Shown: positions 13,026 through 24,150, counted from the first letter of the stretch. The stretch is 64,000 bases of DNA from Bispira polyomma (GCA_965649765.1 OZ287754.1:17360001-17424000); one strand, 5' to 3'. Notes: generated by a model from the letters alone, not told the origin. Program-made: numbers and translations.

Positions 13026-13510
13026 GAATCCAACCTTCAAGGTGGAGGGTTATTTTTTTAAATAAGAAACCTCCCCTAAGGAAATTTAAAATTGATGTAT
13101 CAAGCATTAGCATTGAGGATAAAGTAAGTAACCTACTCAATACGCTTCAGACGAAGCAAGTAAGTAAATCAAACAGCATCCTACCTTAAAACATAGGTAG
13201 TAGATCTGTCCAGTATACAAAGAAACTTCTATGTACAACATGCTTCTGTACAAACATTCCAACGAACATCTAAACATGGTCGGCAAGGTGATATCATTCA
13301 CTCTCAAGCTGTCGCTGTGATCAGAAAGACATCACTTCCCCAAGCTGCATACAAAACTTGCTATATACACATCATGGAAGGCCCTGTAATGATACAACAA
13401 AAACATGTCATCAGCAAAATTCACTCATAAAAGATGAACAATATAAGTATACTAATAACAACTTGTGATACTGTTATTACTATATACTAGACCAATTCAC
13501 TGAAATAATG

Positions 13511-14305
13511 TCACCAAACCGACTTGTAAGCTAATAAAATTGTCTGTTTAATCCAAGAAGATATTGTAGCCCTCTTAATATCACTAGGAAAAGTCTCTCT
13601 AAAAGAAATGAACAATAGATTTTTTTCCTTTTCTGAAACCTTTAGTCCTATCCATGTAGAAACGTAAAGCTCTAACTGGACACAAAGTGATATCTTCAGT
13701 AAGTGAATCATCCAGAAATGGTATTAGGGCTGGAATGATCACAGGTTTTATAGAATCAGGTCCAACTGATTCTTAGCCAAAAAGACAGGAGAAGGAGCTA
13801 CAGTCAATTCAGTCTATCCTGGCTTATGTTTGAGAGATGAAAAAGTCCATGCATGAATCTCTCCCCTCGTTTTACCTGATGCCAGAGCCATCAAAAATAC
13901 AGTTTTGAAGGTCAAAATCTTGAGAGATGCCTCCTTTAAAGGCTCAAAAGGAGGTTTCGTGAGGGCAAGAAGTACCACAGACAAATCCCGAGTAGTTATG
14001 CCTCTATCCTTAACTGGCTTATCCCTATAAAAACTTGCCAAAAGTCTATTCAAATCATGACTTTTTGAAACTTCTAGACCAAAGGTACCCATATGATCTG
14101 CAATCGCAGTACGGTATCCAGCCAAAGTTGCAGGTTTAAGATTTCTTTCTTGAAACAAAAATAACAAGAAATCAGCTATTTGAGGGATAGTAGGCTTTGT
14201 GCAGACCACCTGGTTCTCATTTGCCCATTGTTCAAAAAGGGACCACCTTGATTCATAGACCCGTCTTGAGGACGGTCTCTGAGGTGCCTTAATTCGATCT
14301 TCCAC
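13511..14305 (-). pseudogene. DIRS tyrosine recombinase, frameshifted and C-terminally deleted
   Basis: SAM-like core-binding part (IADFLLFLF...TLAGYRTAI), KTVFLMALASGKTRGEIHA, LCPVRAL in a shifted frame, and TISSWIK. No HxxR/W/Y segment follows. Confidence 0.9.
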
Positions 14306-16230
14306 AGGCCGTGAGTAATGAATGCTGTGTCAGATCTGAGTTCAATATCCAAACATGGAGATTCAGAAACTGAAGATTCTGGTGGTATTTCAGACTGAAT
14401 GGTTGTTTCAACAGATGAGGCCACTGAGGTATTTGTAATGGTGGCCTCACTGATAGGTCTACTAGATCCCAAAACCAAGTCATCCCTGGCCACCCTGGGG
14501 CTAAGACCATCATTTGACAATGAAACCTTAATATTTTTTTAACTAGTTTCGGAATTAAGGCAACTGGACAAAAGGCATAACCGTCCAGACCCTCCCAAGA
14601 GATGTTCAATGCATCTATGGCTAGTGCTTGGACATCTAGGATTGGTGATACATACAGAGGTAGTTTGTGGTTTTGACTGGTTGCAAACAAATCTACTAGT
14701 GGTTGGTAAAGCTTTTGACACAGTAGCCTGAACATTTGAGGATGTAATGACCACTCTGTTTGTATCACCTTGTCCCGCCTAGAGAGGCTGTCGGCTAGTA
14801 CATTCAGACAACCTGCTATGTGACGGGCTCGAATTCTTATTCTGCAAGGATTGCAAAAGGCCATGATCCTCCAGACTAACAGACATATTTCTAGCGATCT
14901 GGTTTCGCCCTGTTTGTTCAGATAAGCGACTACAGATGCGTTGTCGGTGGCTATAAGTACCCGTTTGCCCTGAATTTGATCTGCAAACGCCTTTAAGGCT
15001 AGATAAACAGCTTTTAGCTCTAGAAGATTGATATGGAAACACTTTTCTGAATCTAGCCAAACACCACCTTTTACCGAATCTCCTAGATGAGCTCCCCAAC
15101 CTGTGTTGGAAGCATCTGTGAAGATTTGAATGCTGTGCTCTAAAAGATGCATTTCGTCCCCGACCATGACATTCTGGAGATTTGACCACCATATCAGCTG
15201 ATTCTTTAACCTGTGTGACACAGGGATCAGCATCTCTAGTGATAGTGGAACTCGCCAATGGGTTCTTAGGTACCACTGGAGTGGTCTCATATGTAGCCTG
15301 CCAAAGGGGACAATCTTTTCTAAAGAGCCCATAACCCCTATCAAGGACATTAGTTCTCTTACAGTGACGACCTGAGCTTTCTGAAACTTCACGACCGATT
15401 CTGTAATCGTTTTCCACTTCTTCTGGGTCGAAAATACCAAAATCCTGTCCAATTTGAAGTGGTAACCAAGAAAATCGATCTCCTGAGTCGGTTCGAGTTC
15501 TGATTTTGTGTAATTGATCACCCAACCCATAGACTCTACTATTTGTAACATACGCTGTATTTGAATTCGACTTTCTTGTTGAGATACTGACCGAATTAGC
15601 CAGTCATCTATGTACTGATGTATTCGGATACCATGCGCTTGCAGTACTGATTTCATTTCTCTGGCAATCCGAGTAAATTCGAGTGGGGCTGTTGCTACTC
15701 CAAACGGAAGAGCCCGAAACTGGTAAGTTTGGTTTGCGACATTGAATCGAAGCAGTTTCTGTGAGTTTTGATGTATTGGGACATGAAAGTACGCATCTGT
15801 TAGGCCTAGAGATGCTACCCACTCCCCTTTCTTCAGAGTGTTTCGAATAACCTCTGCCGTTTCCATTTTGAATGTCGGAACATACAAATTCTTGTTTAGA
15901 AAGCTCAGATCTATCACAGGGCATCATTTTTTGTTTGGTTTGGGTACAAGAAACAAATGACTGTAAAATCCCAGAATTGTGCTGTCTGAAACAGGAACTA
16001 TTGCACCTTTTACTAGCATTAGCAATACACACTTTCTTAAAGCTAGTTCCTTTTCCTTGTTTGCATATCCGCTGTGAATTGTGGGTAATCTCGCTAACAG
16101 GATTCTCGAACGCAAGACTATTCGATAGCCCTGCTTCAGAATCAGCACAACTCGAGGGTGACATTTTAACCACTCCCATACCTGCCAATAATCTTGCAAG
16201 CGGCCTCCATGTCGTCTTCTGCTGTAATCG
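14289..16230 (-). pseudogene. DIRS pol: reverse transcriptase, RNase H and DAM-like methyltransferase domain; nonsense codon at 15926-15924
   Basis: GGRL..W, FYSHLFLVPKP-NKK*CPVIDL, DAYFHVPI, ALPFG and YIDD (RT); TDAS..GWGA, HINLLEL, TDN and NVLADSLSR (RNase H); VDLFAT, IDALNISW, YAFCP and APGWP (MT). Confidence 0.93.
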
Positions 16231-17775
16231 TCACCTACGACATCCTCTCCCTCCACGAGTTGTAGTACTGGAGGAGAATGAACCAGACTTGTGGGCACTG
16301 TAGCTTTGATTGTGACCACCTCTGTAAGAACTCGGTTTCGCCTGGGAAGCACTCTGATGAGCTGACTGAGAATAAGGTTTGTAACTAGCCTTCTGTTGAT
16401 AAGCAGAATCATATCTAGCTCTTTTTGGAGATCTCGATTTTGATAATTTCTTTTCAATTTCATCCAAAGTACCTGGTGCAAATAAATCTTGAGAATAAAA
16501 ACCTGTTCTTCTCAATCTGTTCGACTCATGATCAGTGAGATGAGATGCATTGTATTTGAGGATATTATCTCTCCTAGCCAACTGTAGGTTACAGGCTAGA
16601 GCGATAGAAGAATCTACTGTAGTCTCCAGAGCTTTATCCATTGATGACAGGCATGACTGGGCAATTTGTAAATGAGCAGTAGAGTCACTCATATCCTTTT
16701 TCTGATCTTCAGTCTCTAACTTTTCTACTAAGGATGCCAAACAAGAGGCTTCATCAGATAATGACTTCTCCATAGTCCTTACAAAATGACTTACAAATGA
16801 AAGAATCTGGACATTTTCTCTAAGAACAGTTTCCATATTCACCAACTGACGACCAGGCAAATGATAAGTTGTAGGCAAATTTTGAGATTTGGCCAGTCCC
16901 TTAAAAGCATCTTGACATCTTAGTGCTGATAAAGCAAAAGACTCCTTGGAAGACTTATAAAATTTCATTTTAGGTCTCTTGAAGGTAAAAAACTCACCCC
17001 TGTTAAGGGGAGTCAAACCCAAAACCTCTGGTTTATCTGCATCAGGCTTCCCAGCTGCCAAAGCTTCATAATATCTCCATCTCTGTTCAACTTCTTCTAC
17101 AGGAGGTAGATTCATAGGTAAAAGGCTAGGTCGTTTTGACTTACCACTACCAAAAATTCTTGCAGGTTGATCTTGAGACTCAGAAGGTGTTTCTAGATCT
17201 AACACTTGACGTACTGTAGCCAATAATTTTCTATAAGTAGGATCATCATCTTCAATGTCCTCCTCTTCATCTTTATCCACATCCATAGCCTGTGGAGATT
17301 CAGCCCTTGTCCTTTTCCTGGTAGCAGATACCACTGAACTATGGGGCTACACATCACCTTCCTCACTCTGCACAGACGTTGCTCTTAACACATTTTGGGA
17401 CTCGACTTTAGTTAGTTGATCCGAAATGGTGGTGAGTTGACTCATAATCGCCTGAAGAGTAGACTCCATACCTGGTGGTGTTGATATCTGAGGAGTTTGG
17501 GACGGAACAACCTCTGTTAAAGATCGCTCCTCCCGCCCCTTGTCTCGCCTTCTCAGCTTGGCAGCACTAGTCTTTAATCTCTTACTCTGCTCTTCTGTTA
17601 TAGTAAGGCACATATAGCAATCCTCTGCTTGTCCTACCACACAAATATCGTCTCCCAAACGCTTCTCTCGACACTGAAGACAATAACGATGTAAATCGAA
17701 GTCAAAAACTCCGTGACCACACTCCGGGGCCGTTCTCTGTTTCAAAGTTTTAGAAGAAACAACTTTCTCCGCCAT
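16231..17775 (-). pseudogene. DIRS gag-like ORF1 with one in-frame stop at 17349-17347
   Basis: ORFs 17347..17898 and 16231..17334 are in the same frame. N-terminal CGH-x6-HxxCxxC...C...CxxC zinc cluster; C-terminal LARRDxIL...LF segment typical of DIRS gag. Confidence 0.85.
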
Positions 17776-17847
17776 AACTACACACAAACACTTCCAAATA
17801 CTCCAAATAAAACGATCCAGTCGAATAAGGTGTTGACAACACGGCGA

Positions 17848-18050
17848 CCAAATTAATTGTGAAGGGTGTCTCGAGGACGAGACTTGGCGTTGGGACATGC
17901 CCAGTGAGGTTTGGCGGGAAATTTAAAAATAAAAATCACAAGAATAGTCTTAGAAAAAAAGACGCAAGTGATTTTTTGGTCAAATGTTTGGGTGTACTAA
18001 ATTAAAGCATTAGTGAGGATAAGGTAAGGTGTATTTATCGTAATAAAAAT
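17848..18050. repeat. DIRS 5' ITR
   Basis: Inverted match to 12672-12873, homologous to 31862-31968 of the second DIRS, and lies just upstream of the gag ATG at 17775. Confidence 0.9.
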
Positions 18051-18725
18051 TTAAACCAACGATTACATTGTGTTTTTACAGAAGGCCCACAACCATAGTA
18101 TATGCATTTATATTGTTCTGTAAGAGATCAAAAACATTCCACGGGCCACATTTATGGAAAAGGTCTTTTTAAAATTTATAATAGTAGCTGGAACAGCGTG
18201 AAGTAGTTGCACTACAAACAAGTAAAGGAGGAAAAATAGAAATCCAAAATTTTAATCCATATCTATCAATTTCAATTTTCAAAATAGAGTGCATATTTTA
18301 GAGATAATTTACCTTCAAAAGTGGCTACTCCTATCAACTTCACTTTTGATAACTTTTGCATGATCAATGTTCCAAAATCCGGTCCATTTCTATTTCCAGT
18401 CTAAACATTTTTAACATCACAATTGGGATTCATTACACATGAATATGCCAATGCAAACTTTGAATCTTTGAAATAGAAATGTTAGTTAATATAACTGCAC
18501 ATTTTGGTGAGAGACAATAGGTGCTCTCAAATGTGTTTGACTGGAATGATATAAAAGACATGCACAACATTTTTAAGAAAGTGGAAAGAGGTACCACAAT
18601 TATACAATTCACAAGTTAATCACACAGATAAACTCTGGCAAGTCAACCAATCAGATTCTAGGATACAATCTAGTCATTTCAGAATAACGTGTAACTTTTT
18701 ATTCTGTTTACTGATAAGAACACAC

Positions 18726-18794
18726 CTCCATAGACTTCTGGAATTCTTCTTGTAATTGTTGCTTTTCTTCACTGACTAGCTTTGTGATTCTTTC
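18726..18794 (-). CDS. CCDC91: CCDC91 coding exon 10 (ERITKLVSEEKQQLQEEFQKSME)
   Basis: ttgtag acceptor, gtgtgt donor, 69 nt. Confidence 0.85.
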
Positions 18795-19390
18795 CTACAA
18801 ACATAATGTATGAAAATAAAATATGAAAATAAATAAATATATAAAGAATATAAAGTAAAATATGAAAATAAAGATTAAACTACATTAATTAGAGATACTT
18901 ACAGCTGGAGAAAATTACATAACACTTTTTAGGTTAAGCAGAAAAAAATCTACTTAAACAACAAAAAATATAAATAAATTTTTATGAATTGAATACTGAT
19001 AAATTAATCCTGTCTTTTTTTAAGTGTATTTGGTGTTTTAGGATAAAATTTCTTGACTTTTGTGTAAAATATAAATATACTGTTGAACATGAATCACACA
19101 GCTAAACATTAAATCTGAGACATTTATATATTTTTCATTAAAATTGACCTTCGTTGTTTCAATACATATTCTTCACCCTAATATCTCCTTAAACACTTGG
19201 TTCATTCTAAAAACACAAATCCCTGTGGATACCACAACCTTTAACTCATTGCTCTACAGTTTTGGAATTTAGATTTTTTTCAGTACTAACACAGTATGTA
19301 AATATAAATATGTAGGTTTGTAGTCTGATATTACCCATGATAAGGTCTCATCCGACTTTACACCGCCCAGCTAAGGTTGTTGTACTTGTC

Positions 19391-19477
19391 GGTGGGCCGC
19401 GGTGGCCTAGTGGTTAGCAAGCATTGCTAAACAGGTACTAGAGTGGATGTTAAATATCTAAATTTAAATTCAAATTC
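19391..19477 (+). mobile_element. Internally deleted mini-SINE (family A head fused to tail) with 11-bp TSD
   Basis: gggccgcggtggcctagtggttagcaagcattg is joined directly to ctaaacaggtactagagtgg...caaattc. TSD ttgtacttgtc at 19380-19390 and 19478-19488. Confidence 0.8.
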
Positions 19478-19666
19478 TTGTACTTGTCAACCACTTGCTT
19501 CCCTAAGGGAGCATACTATCCATGTTGCCAAATAAATCGCAAAGACTAACACCCATTAGCGGGCCAGGTACCCCATTTATACAGCTGTGTGGAGAGAGAT
19601 AACTTTGTGTGAAGTACCTTGTCCAAGACACAATCTCCCAGCCTGCAGCAAGGATCCAACCTGGGA

Positions 19667-19922
19667 ATTGAATTGAATTTGGATATTTAACGTTCACTCT
19701 AGTACCTTTTAGTAGGTTATATTGGGACGGGTAGTTGGAAACGCTGGAGGAAACACTGCATACAGTCGGTCAAGGTTCTGCAGAGAAACCAGCGGCCCAC
19801 AGTAAGGAACTACCACCTTTCCCACATAGGCATCGACGGGATTTGAACTCACGCCGCCCAGAGGTGAGAGACCAGTGATTGTGAAGCGCAATGCTTGCTA
19901 GCCACTAGGCCACCACGGCCCC
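19667..19922 (-). mobile_element. Young tRNA-derived SINE (family A) with TSD
   Basis: Full head with A and B boxes and a caatt-type tail; flanked by gat(c/a)caacctggga at 19653-19666 and 19924-19937. Confidence 0.88.
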
Positions 19923-20038
19923 TGATACAACCTGGGACCCTCTGATCCAAAGTTTGAACACTCTAACCACTAGGCCACAGAGGCCATGGTATAATAAAAT
20001 GTATATGTATATTGTACCGTAATTATTAATGTTCTTAC

Positions 20039-20131
20039 ACTGTGTTGAGTCTTCTCTGTTTCTAACGATTGTTTTATTTCTTCTGCCATCTTCTTTCGTT
20101 CTTCCTCTAATTGAGACTGGAATTCTTCTTG
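20039..20131 (-). CDS. CCDC91: CCDC91 coding exon 9 (QEEFQSQLEEERKKMAEEIKQSLETEKTQHS)
   Basis: ttgcag acceptor, gtaaga donor, 93 nt, coiled-coil composition. Confidence 0.87.
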
Positions 20132-20931
20132 CTGCAACAAAAATACAGGAAGCTACAATTCCTTTCCAATGTACAAAAGCAGTAGAAGTTAATTATATTA
20201 CCATGGGCTAGTGAGCGGAGAATTCAAAGCACTTGTCTGCGCGAGTATTATATATTTCTAACGAGCTTCATTGAGATGCGAGGCATCTTCTGAAACGTTA
20301 ACAGCCAAATCGATAAACCAATCATTTGTTCCACAAAATAGCCTGGGTTGTCATCAGCGGGCAATGGCCTGTTAATATTATTACCTTGATATAAATTTTA
20401 TTTCTATGGCACTAAGCTTCAGACAAATGTCTGTTCCAAGGTGCTTTACATCCAACAAATGAAACTAGCGGCATAATCAGGAGATGAACTGGGGACCTTC
20501 CAATTCCCAGACCAACACTCAACTCCCCAACCACTAGGCCACGAAGATCACTACATATCTGAATTTTCAATTTTGAGAAGTCCGTTTCTCTCTCCTAAAT
20601 ATATATTTTTCTCCTGTTTTTTTTTCCTGTTTTACAACAAAAGTGTAGTCTAATACAGGAAGTAGAGTTTTGGCCCAAAACACAAACATGTATCCACTCA
20701 ATAAAAAAATCGCAAATAAATGTTATAAATCTGCAACATTGACAGGTTATATTGTCGGAAAATATTATTTTTGTTTATATAATTTAAGGTTTTGCCACTA
20801 TTTTATGTACATCAAATAGAAACACCAGTAGAAATATTGGGCCGGGTCGACGCGTATTTTCATCTTGTTACCAGGATACCGTACCGACCAGTACAGTACC
20901 GACCCACCCCTAGAAATGTGACCTATTTTAC

Positions 20932-21039
20932 CTGAATGTTTAAGAGTTCTTTCCACTTATCCTGCTCCTTTGTGATGGCATCTTGAAGTTGAACCTGGCT
21001 GTTGTTCTGTTGTTCTAAGACCGCCACTTTACACAACTC
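20932..21039 (-). CDS. CCDC91: CCDC91 coding exon 8 (ELCKVAVLEQQNNSQVQLQDAITKEQDKWKELLNIQ)
   Basis: tatag acceptor (inside the 62-bp array), gtaaaa donor, 108 nt; aligns to the remembered AIEKQAHKCEELLNAQ region. Confidence 0.87.
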
Positions 21040-21876
21040 CTATATAACAGGTCAGGGTACAAATCTAGACTTAGATCTAAGACCGCCACTTTACACAACT
21101 CCTATATAACAGGTCAGGGTACAAATCTAGACTTAGATCTAAGACCGCCACTTTACACAACTCCTATATAACAGGTCAGGGTACAAATCTAGACTTAGAT
21201 CTAAGACCGCCACTTTATATAACTCCTACATTACAAGTCAGGGTACAAATCTAGACTTAGATCTAAGACCGCCACTTTACACAACTCCTATATAACAGGT
21301 CAGGGTACAAATCTAGACTTAGATCTAAGACCGCCACTTTACACAACTCCTATATAACAGGTCAGGGTACAAATCTAGACTTAGATCTAAGACCGCCACT
21401 TTATATAACTCCTACATTACAAGTCAGGGTACAAATCTAGACTTAGATCTAAGACCGCCACTTTATATAACTCCTACATTACAGGTCAGGGTACAAATCT
21501 AGACTTAGATCTAAGACCGCCACTTTATATAACTCCTACATTACAAGTCAGGGTACAAATCTAGACTTAGATCTAAGACCGCCACTTTACACAACTCCTA
21601 TATAACAGGTCAGGGTACAAATCTAGACTTAGATCTAAGACCGCCACTTTACACAACTCCTATATAACAGGTCAGGGTACAAATCTAGACTTAGATCTAA
21701 GACCGCCACTTTATATAACTCCTACATTACAGGTCAGGGTACAAATCTAGACTTAGATCTAAGACCGCCACTTTACACAACTCCTATATAACAGGTCAGG
21801 GTACAAATCTAGACTTAGATCTAAGACCGCCACTTTACACAACGCATACATTACAAGTCGGGTACAAATCTAGACT
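21014..21876. repeat. 62-bp minisatellite, 14 copies, spanning the intron/exon-8 junction of CCDC91
   Basis: Unit tctaagaccgccactttacacaactcctatataacaggtcagggtacaaatctagacttaga, with two interspersed variants and a 12-bp palindrome cttagatctaag across unit junctions. Confidence 0.97.
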
Positions 21877-22043
21877 CAAATTTACTATAGTGAAAACAAG
21901 TAACAAATTGACTGACATTGTGTTATATAGATGCTGAAAGAATTATACAATAGCATCTGCTACAACTGGAACCAAATTTTACATTCTAAATTTCTGCTGA
22001 CATGCCAAAAGGATAATAAAAGCTTTAGTGTATTAACAACTTA

Positions 22044-22241
22044 GATTAAGGAATCTTATATTTGCTACTGCATCTGAAATTTGCCCCCTAGAAAATCTTG
22101 TTTTCAGTGGAATTGTGGGTAATATTTGCTGCAATTGAGATTTTTGTGACTATTTTGCTTTACTTACCTAAATTTCAGTTAGATTTAAATTTTAGAGGTG
22201 GGGAATTTTAGATATAGTGTCAAATTTTATATTCCTTATTC
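22044..22241. mobile_element. About 200-bp MITE with GANTAAGGAAT TIRs and TA TSD, abutting the exon-7 donor; second copy at about 9740-9930
   Basis: ta|gattaaggaat ... attccttattc|ta; the interior matches 9755-9880. Confidence 0.75.
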
Positions 22242-22244
22242 TAC

Positions 22245-22424
22245 CTTGTAATCCTCCACTATGATGGCCATAGCATCTTGACCTGCTTTCCTCATCTCAT
22301 CCAGATCTGTGAGATGTTTCTCTTGCACTGTTGAATACTTGGCTTTCTGTTCATCAAGCTGTACTTTTAGTGAGGTAATTTCATCTTCAAGAAGCTGGTT
22401 ACTTGTGATGAGTTCTTCAAGTTC
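22245..22424 (-). CDS. CCDC91: CCDC91 coding exon 7 (ELEELITS...RKAGQDAMAIIVEDYK)
   Basis: gcacag acceptor, gtagaa donor, 180 nt, most conserved CCDC91 segment. Confidence 0.92.
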
Positions 22425-22569
22425 CTGTGCATAACAAAAACATCAGAAAACAAAAATTTTTTGTTAAAGCCATTGCACTCTATCAGTTCCAATTGCACTA
22501 AAATTAGCACTAAAATAATAGGGGCATGATAAATGGAAAGGTAACCTATAAATAATATTCTGTATCAAT

Positions 22570-22860
22570 TGGAATTTAATTTAGTTAGGTTTTTTGTCTC
22601 TTTCAATAACTTAGGTCATATTACGATGGCCAGATTCAATGGTGGAAAAAACTGGTGCTGCAGCACTGCAAACCACCGACCTATAGCAACCAGATTTGAT
22701 GGTGGAAGAAACCAGTGGTGAAGCATTGTAAGCCATTGACCTATAGCAAGTACCTGATAAATTTTTTCTCGTGAAGGAAAACTGGGATTTAAACCCACAT
22801 TAGTGAATGGCCAGTGATTGTGAGACAGGTGCTTCTCACCACCAAGCCATCACGACCCCT
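22570..22860 (-). mobile_element. Older tRNA-derived SINE (Meta-domain-like family); relatives at 23633-23852 (-), 51855-52058 (+), 52640-52712 (+, partial) and 53968-54130 (+)
   Basis: Shared ttccaccattgaatctggccatcgtaatatgacctaagttattgaaa 3' part and caactaaattc tail. This copy has an internal duplication of about 60 bp. Confidence 0.65.
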
Positions 22861-23234
22861 TTTATCATCACCATTGATGACTAAATGTTGTGTAAGCCAA
22901 TGGACATGGGCAAAAACATAAACCTCTTGGTGGAGGTAATAAAGGAATTGTACAATATGTTTAAAACACATCCATACACACAACATAGACAAAATCCTTT
23001 CACTCTAAAAAACTCTATGAAATCAAATATAAAGGAATTGTGCAATAAGATTATGTATTTTACCAGATCTCCCAAGTTTATGCCAAGACCATACCTGATC
23101 TAAGCATCCTGTTTATGCCCAGATGTTAAGACGTTTTCTCCAGATCACACAAGTTATTGACATCGGGAGTAAACAGATCTATAGAATGCAAAGCGCCACA
23201 TTAAACCGAGAATTCAAAAGAAGAACAAGTGTAC

Positions 23235-23484
23235 CTTTTGTAAGTTTGTCTTTGCTTCCTCAGCAACCCTCAGCTGTCCTACCAGTGCCTCATTCTGTAC
23301 AACAGGTGCTGCCTCAGCCAGCTGTCCTAATTCATTACCATTTTCTTGTTCAGCCCTCTCATTGATTGACCTCCTTTGTCTCTGATTCTCTGATTGGCTG
23401 GTTTCAGCCCCTTTGTCTACTTGATTGGCTGCTTGTACATTTTGAATATCTGGCTCCAGTTCAAGATCAAGGTCTTCATGTGGT
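23235..23484 (-). CDS. CCDC91: CCDC91 coding exon 6 (PHEDLDLELEPD...EEAKTNLQK)
   Basis: Polypyrimidine tract plus aag acceptor, gtacac donor, 250 nt open frame, phase 2 to 0. Confidence 0.82.
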
Positions 23485-24025
23485 CTTTAAAGAAACAAAA
23501 AGAAAGAAAATTTTGTAGGGGATGATGCAGGGAACCTTTTTCTGATATAATACATTTTTGGCATTGGCTAATGACATCTAGAGTAGTTTCCATTAAAAAA
23601 ATGGAAATTACAAGTGAGATGCTGGCTATAATTTTTAATTATCTAGTTGGCTTTTACATTGCTTTCAACAGTTTAGGTCATATCACGACGGCCCGATTTA
23701 ACGGTGGAAGAAAGCAATACTAAAGCACCGTAGACCGCTGACCTAAAGCAAGTACCGGGTAAATATTCCCACATGAAGGAATGAAAGGGGATAGCATTGG
23801 TGAGAAGTCAGTGATTATTAGCAAGTGCTTCTAATCACTATGCACACCGCAGCTTTAATGATGCCTATACAACAATAAAATGCCCATCCCAGCAGATGGG
23901 TAGACATAACAAGTCTCCCCTGGTGCTCACCTTCTACAGTTGAACACTCCATTGATTGATAACAAAAGTTGTTACATAAGGGCAAGCAGAACTGACATAT
24001 AAAGTGTACTGTAGTTGTTGTTCAC

Positions 24026-24150
24026 CTGTTTCCTTGCTGTCTTTGTGTCAAGTCCAGATCTAACACACCGTCTGGTACTGGCTTCTCACTCTTAATACTG
24101 CCAAAGTGAGGCTCCAACACTTGCTCAGATAGAGACCTGGAACCTGGACC
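24026..24150 (-). CDS. CCDC91: CCDC91 coding exon 5 (GPGSRSLSEQVLEPHF...QQGNR)
   Basis: ttttag acceptor, gtgaac donor, 125 nt, phase 0 to 2. Confidence 0.8.

Larger units (their letters stand above)
12638..18050 (-). mobile_element. DIRS1-type tyrosine-recombinase retrotransposon, both termini intact, ORFs disabled; lies in the CCDC91 intron between coding exons 10 and 11
   Basis: Inverted terminal repeats 12672-12873 and 17848-18048, internal complementary region 12921-13025, and gag, RT/RNaseH/MT and YR ORFs in DIRS order. Confidence 0.95.
19320..19985 (-). mobile_element. Older CORE-like SINE (family B) split by two family-A SINE insertions
   Basis: 19490-19666 is the reverse complement of the 41157-41350 copy (cttggacaag...tataaatggggtacctggc). 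The tRNA-like head is at 19923-19985. Confidence 0.7.

Noticed and set aside
13395-13415. Hammerhead ribozyme core (CTGATGA on the minus strand) in the DIRS 3' region
   Set aside because: No stem II followed by GAAA and no matching cleavage-site helix were found.
21014-21876. CRISPR-like array
   Set aside because: Units are head-to-tail with only two recurring variants, no unique spacers and no cas genes, inside a eukaryotic intron.
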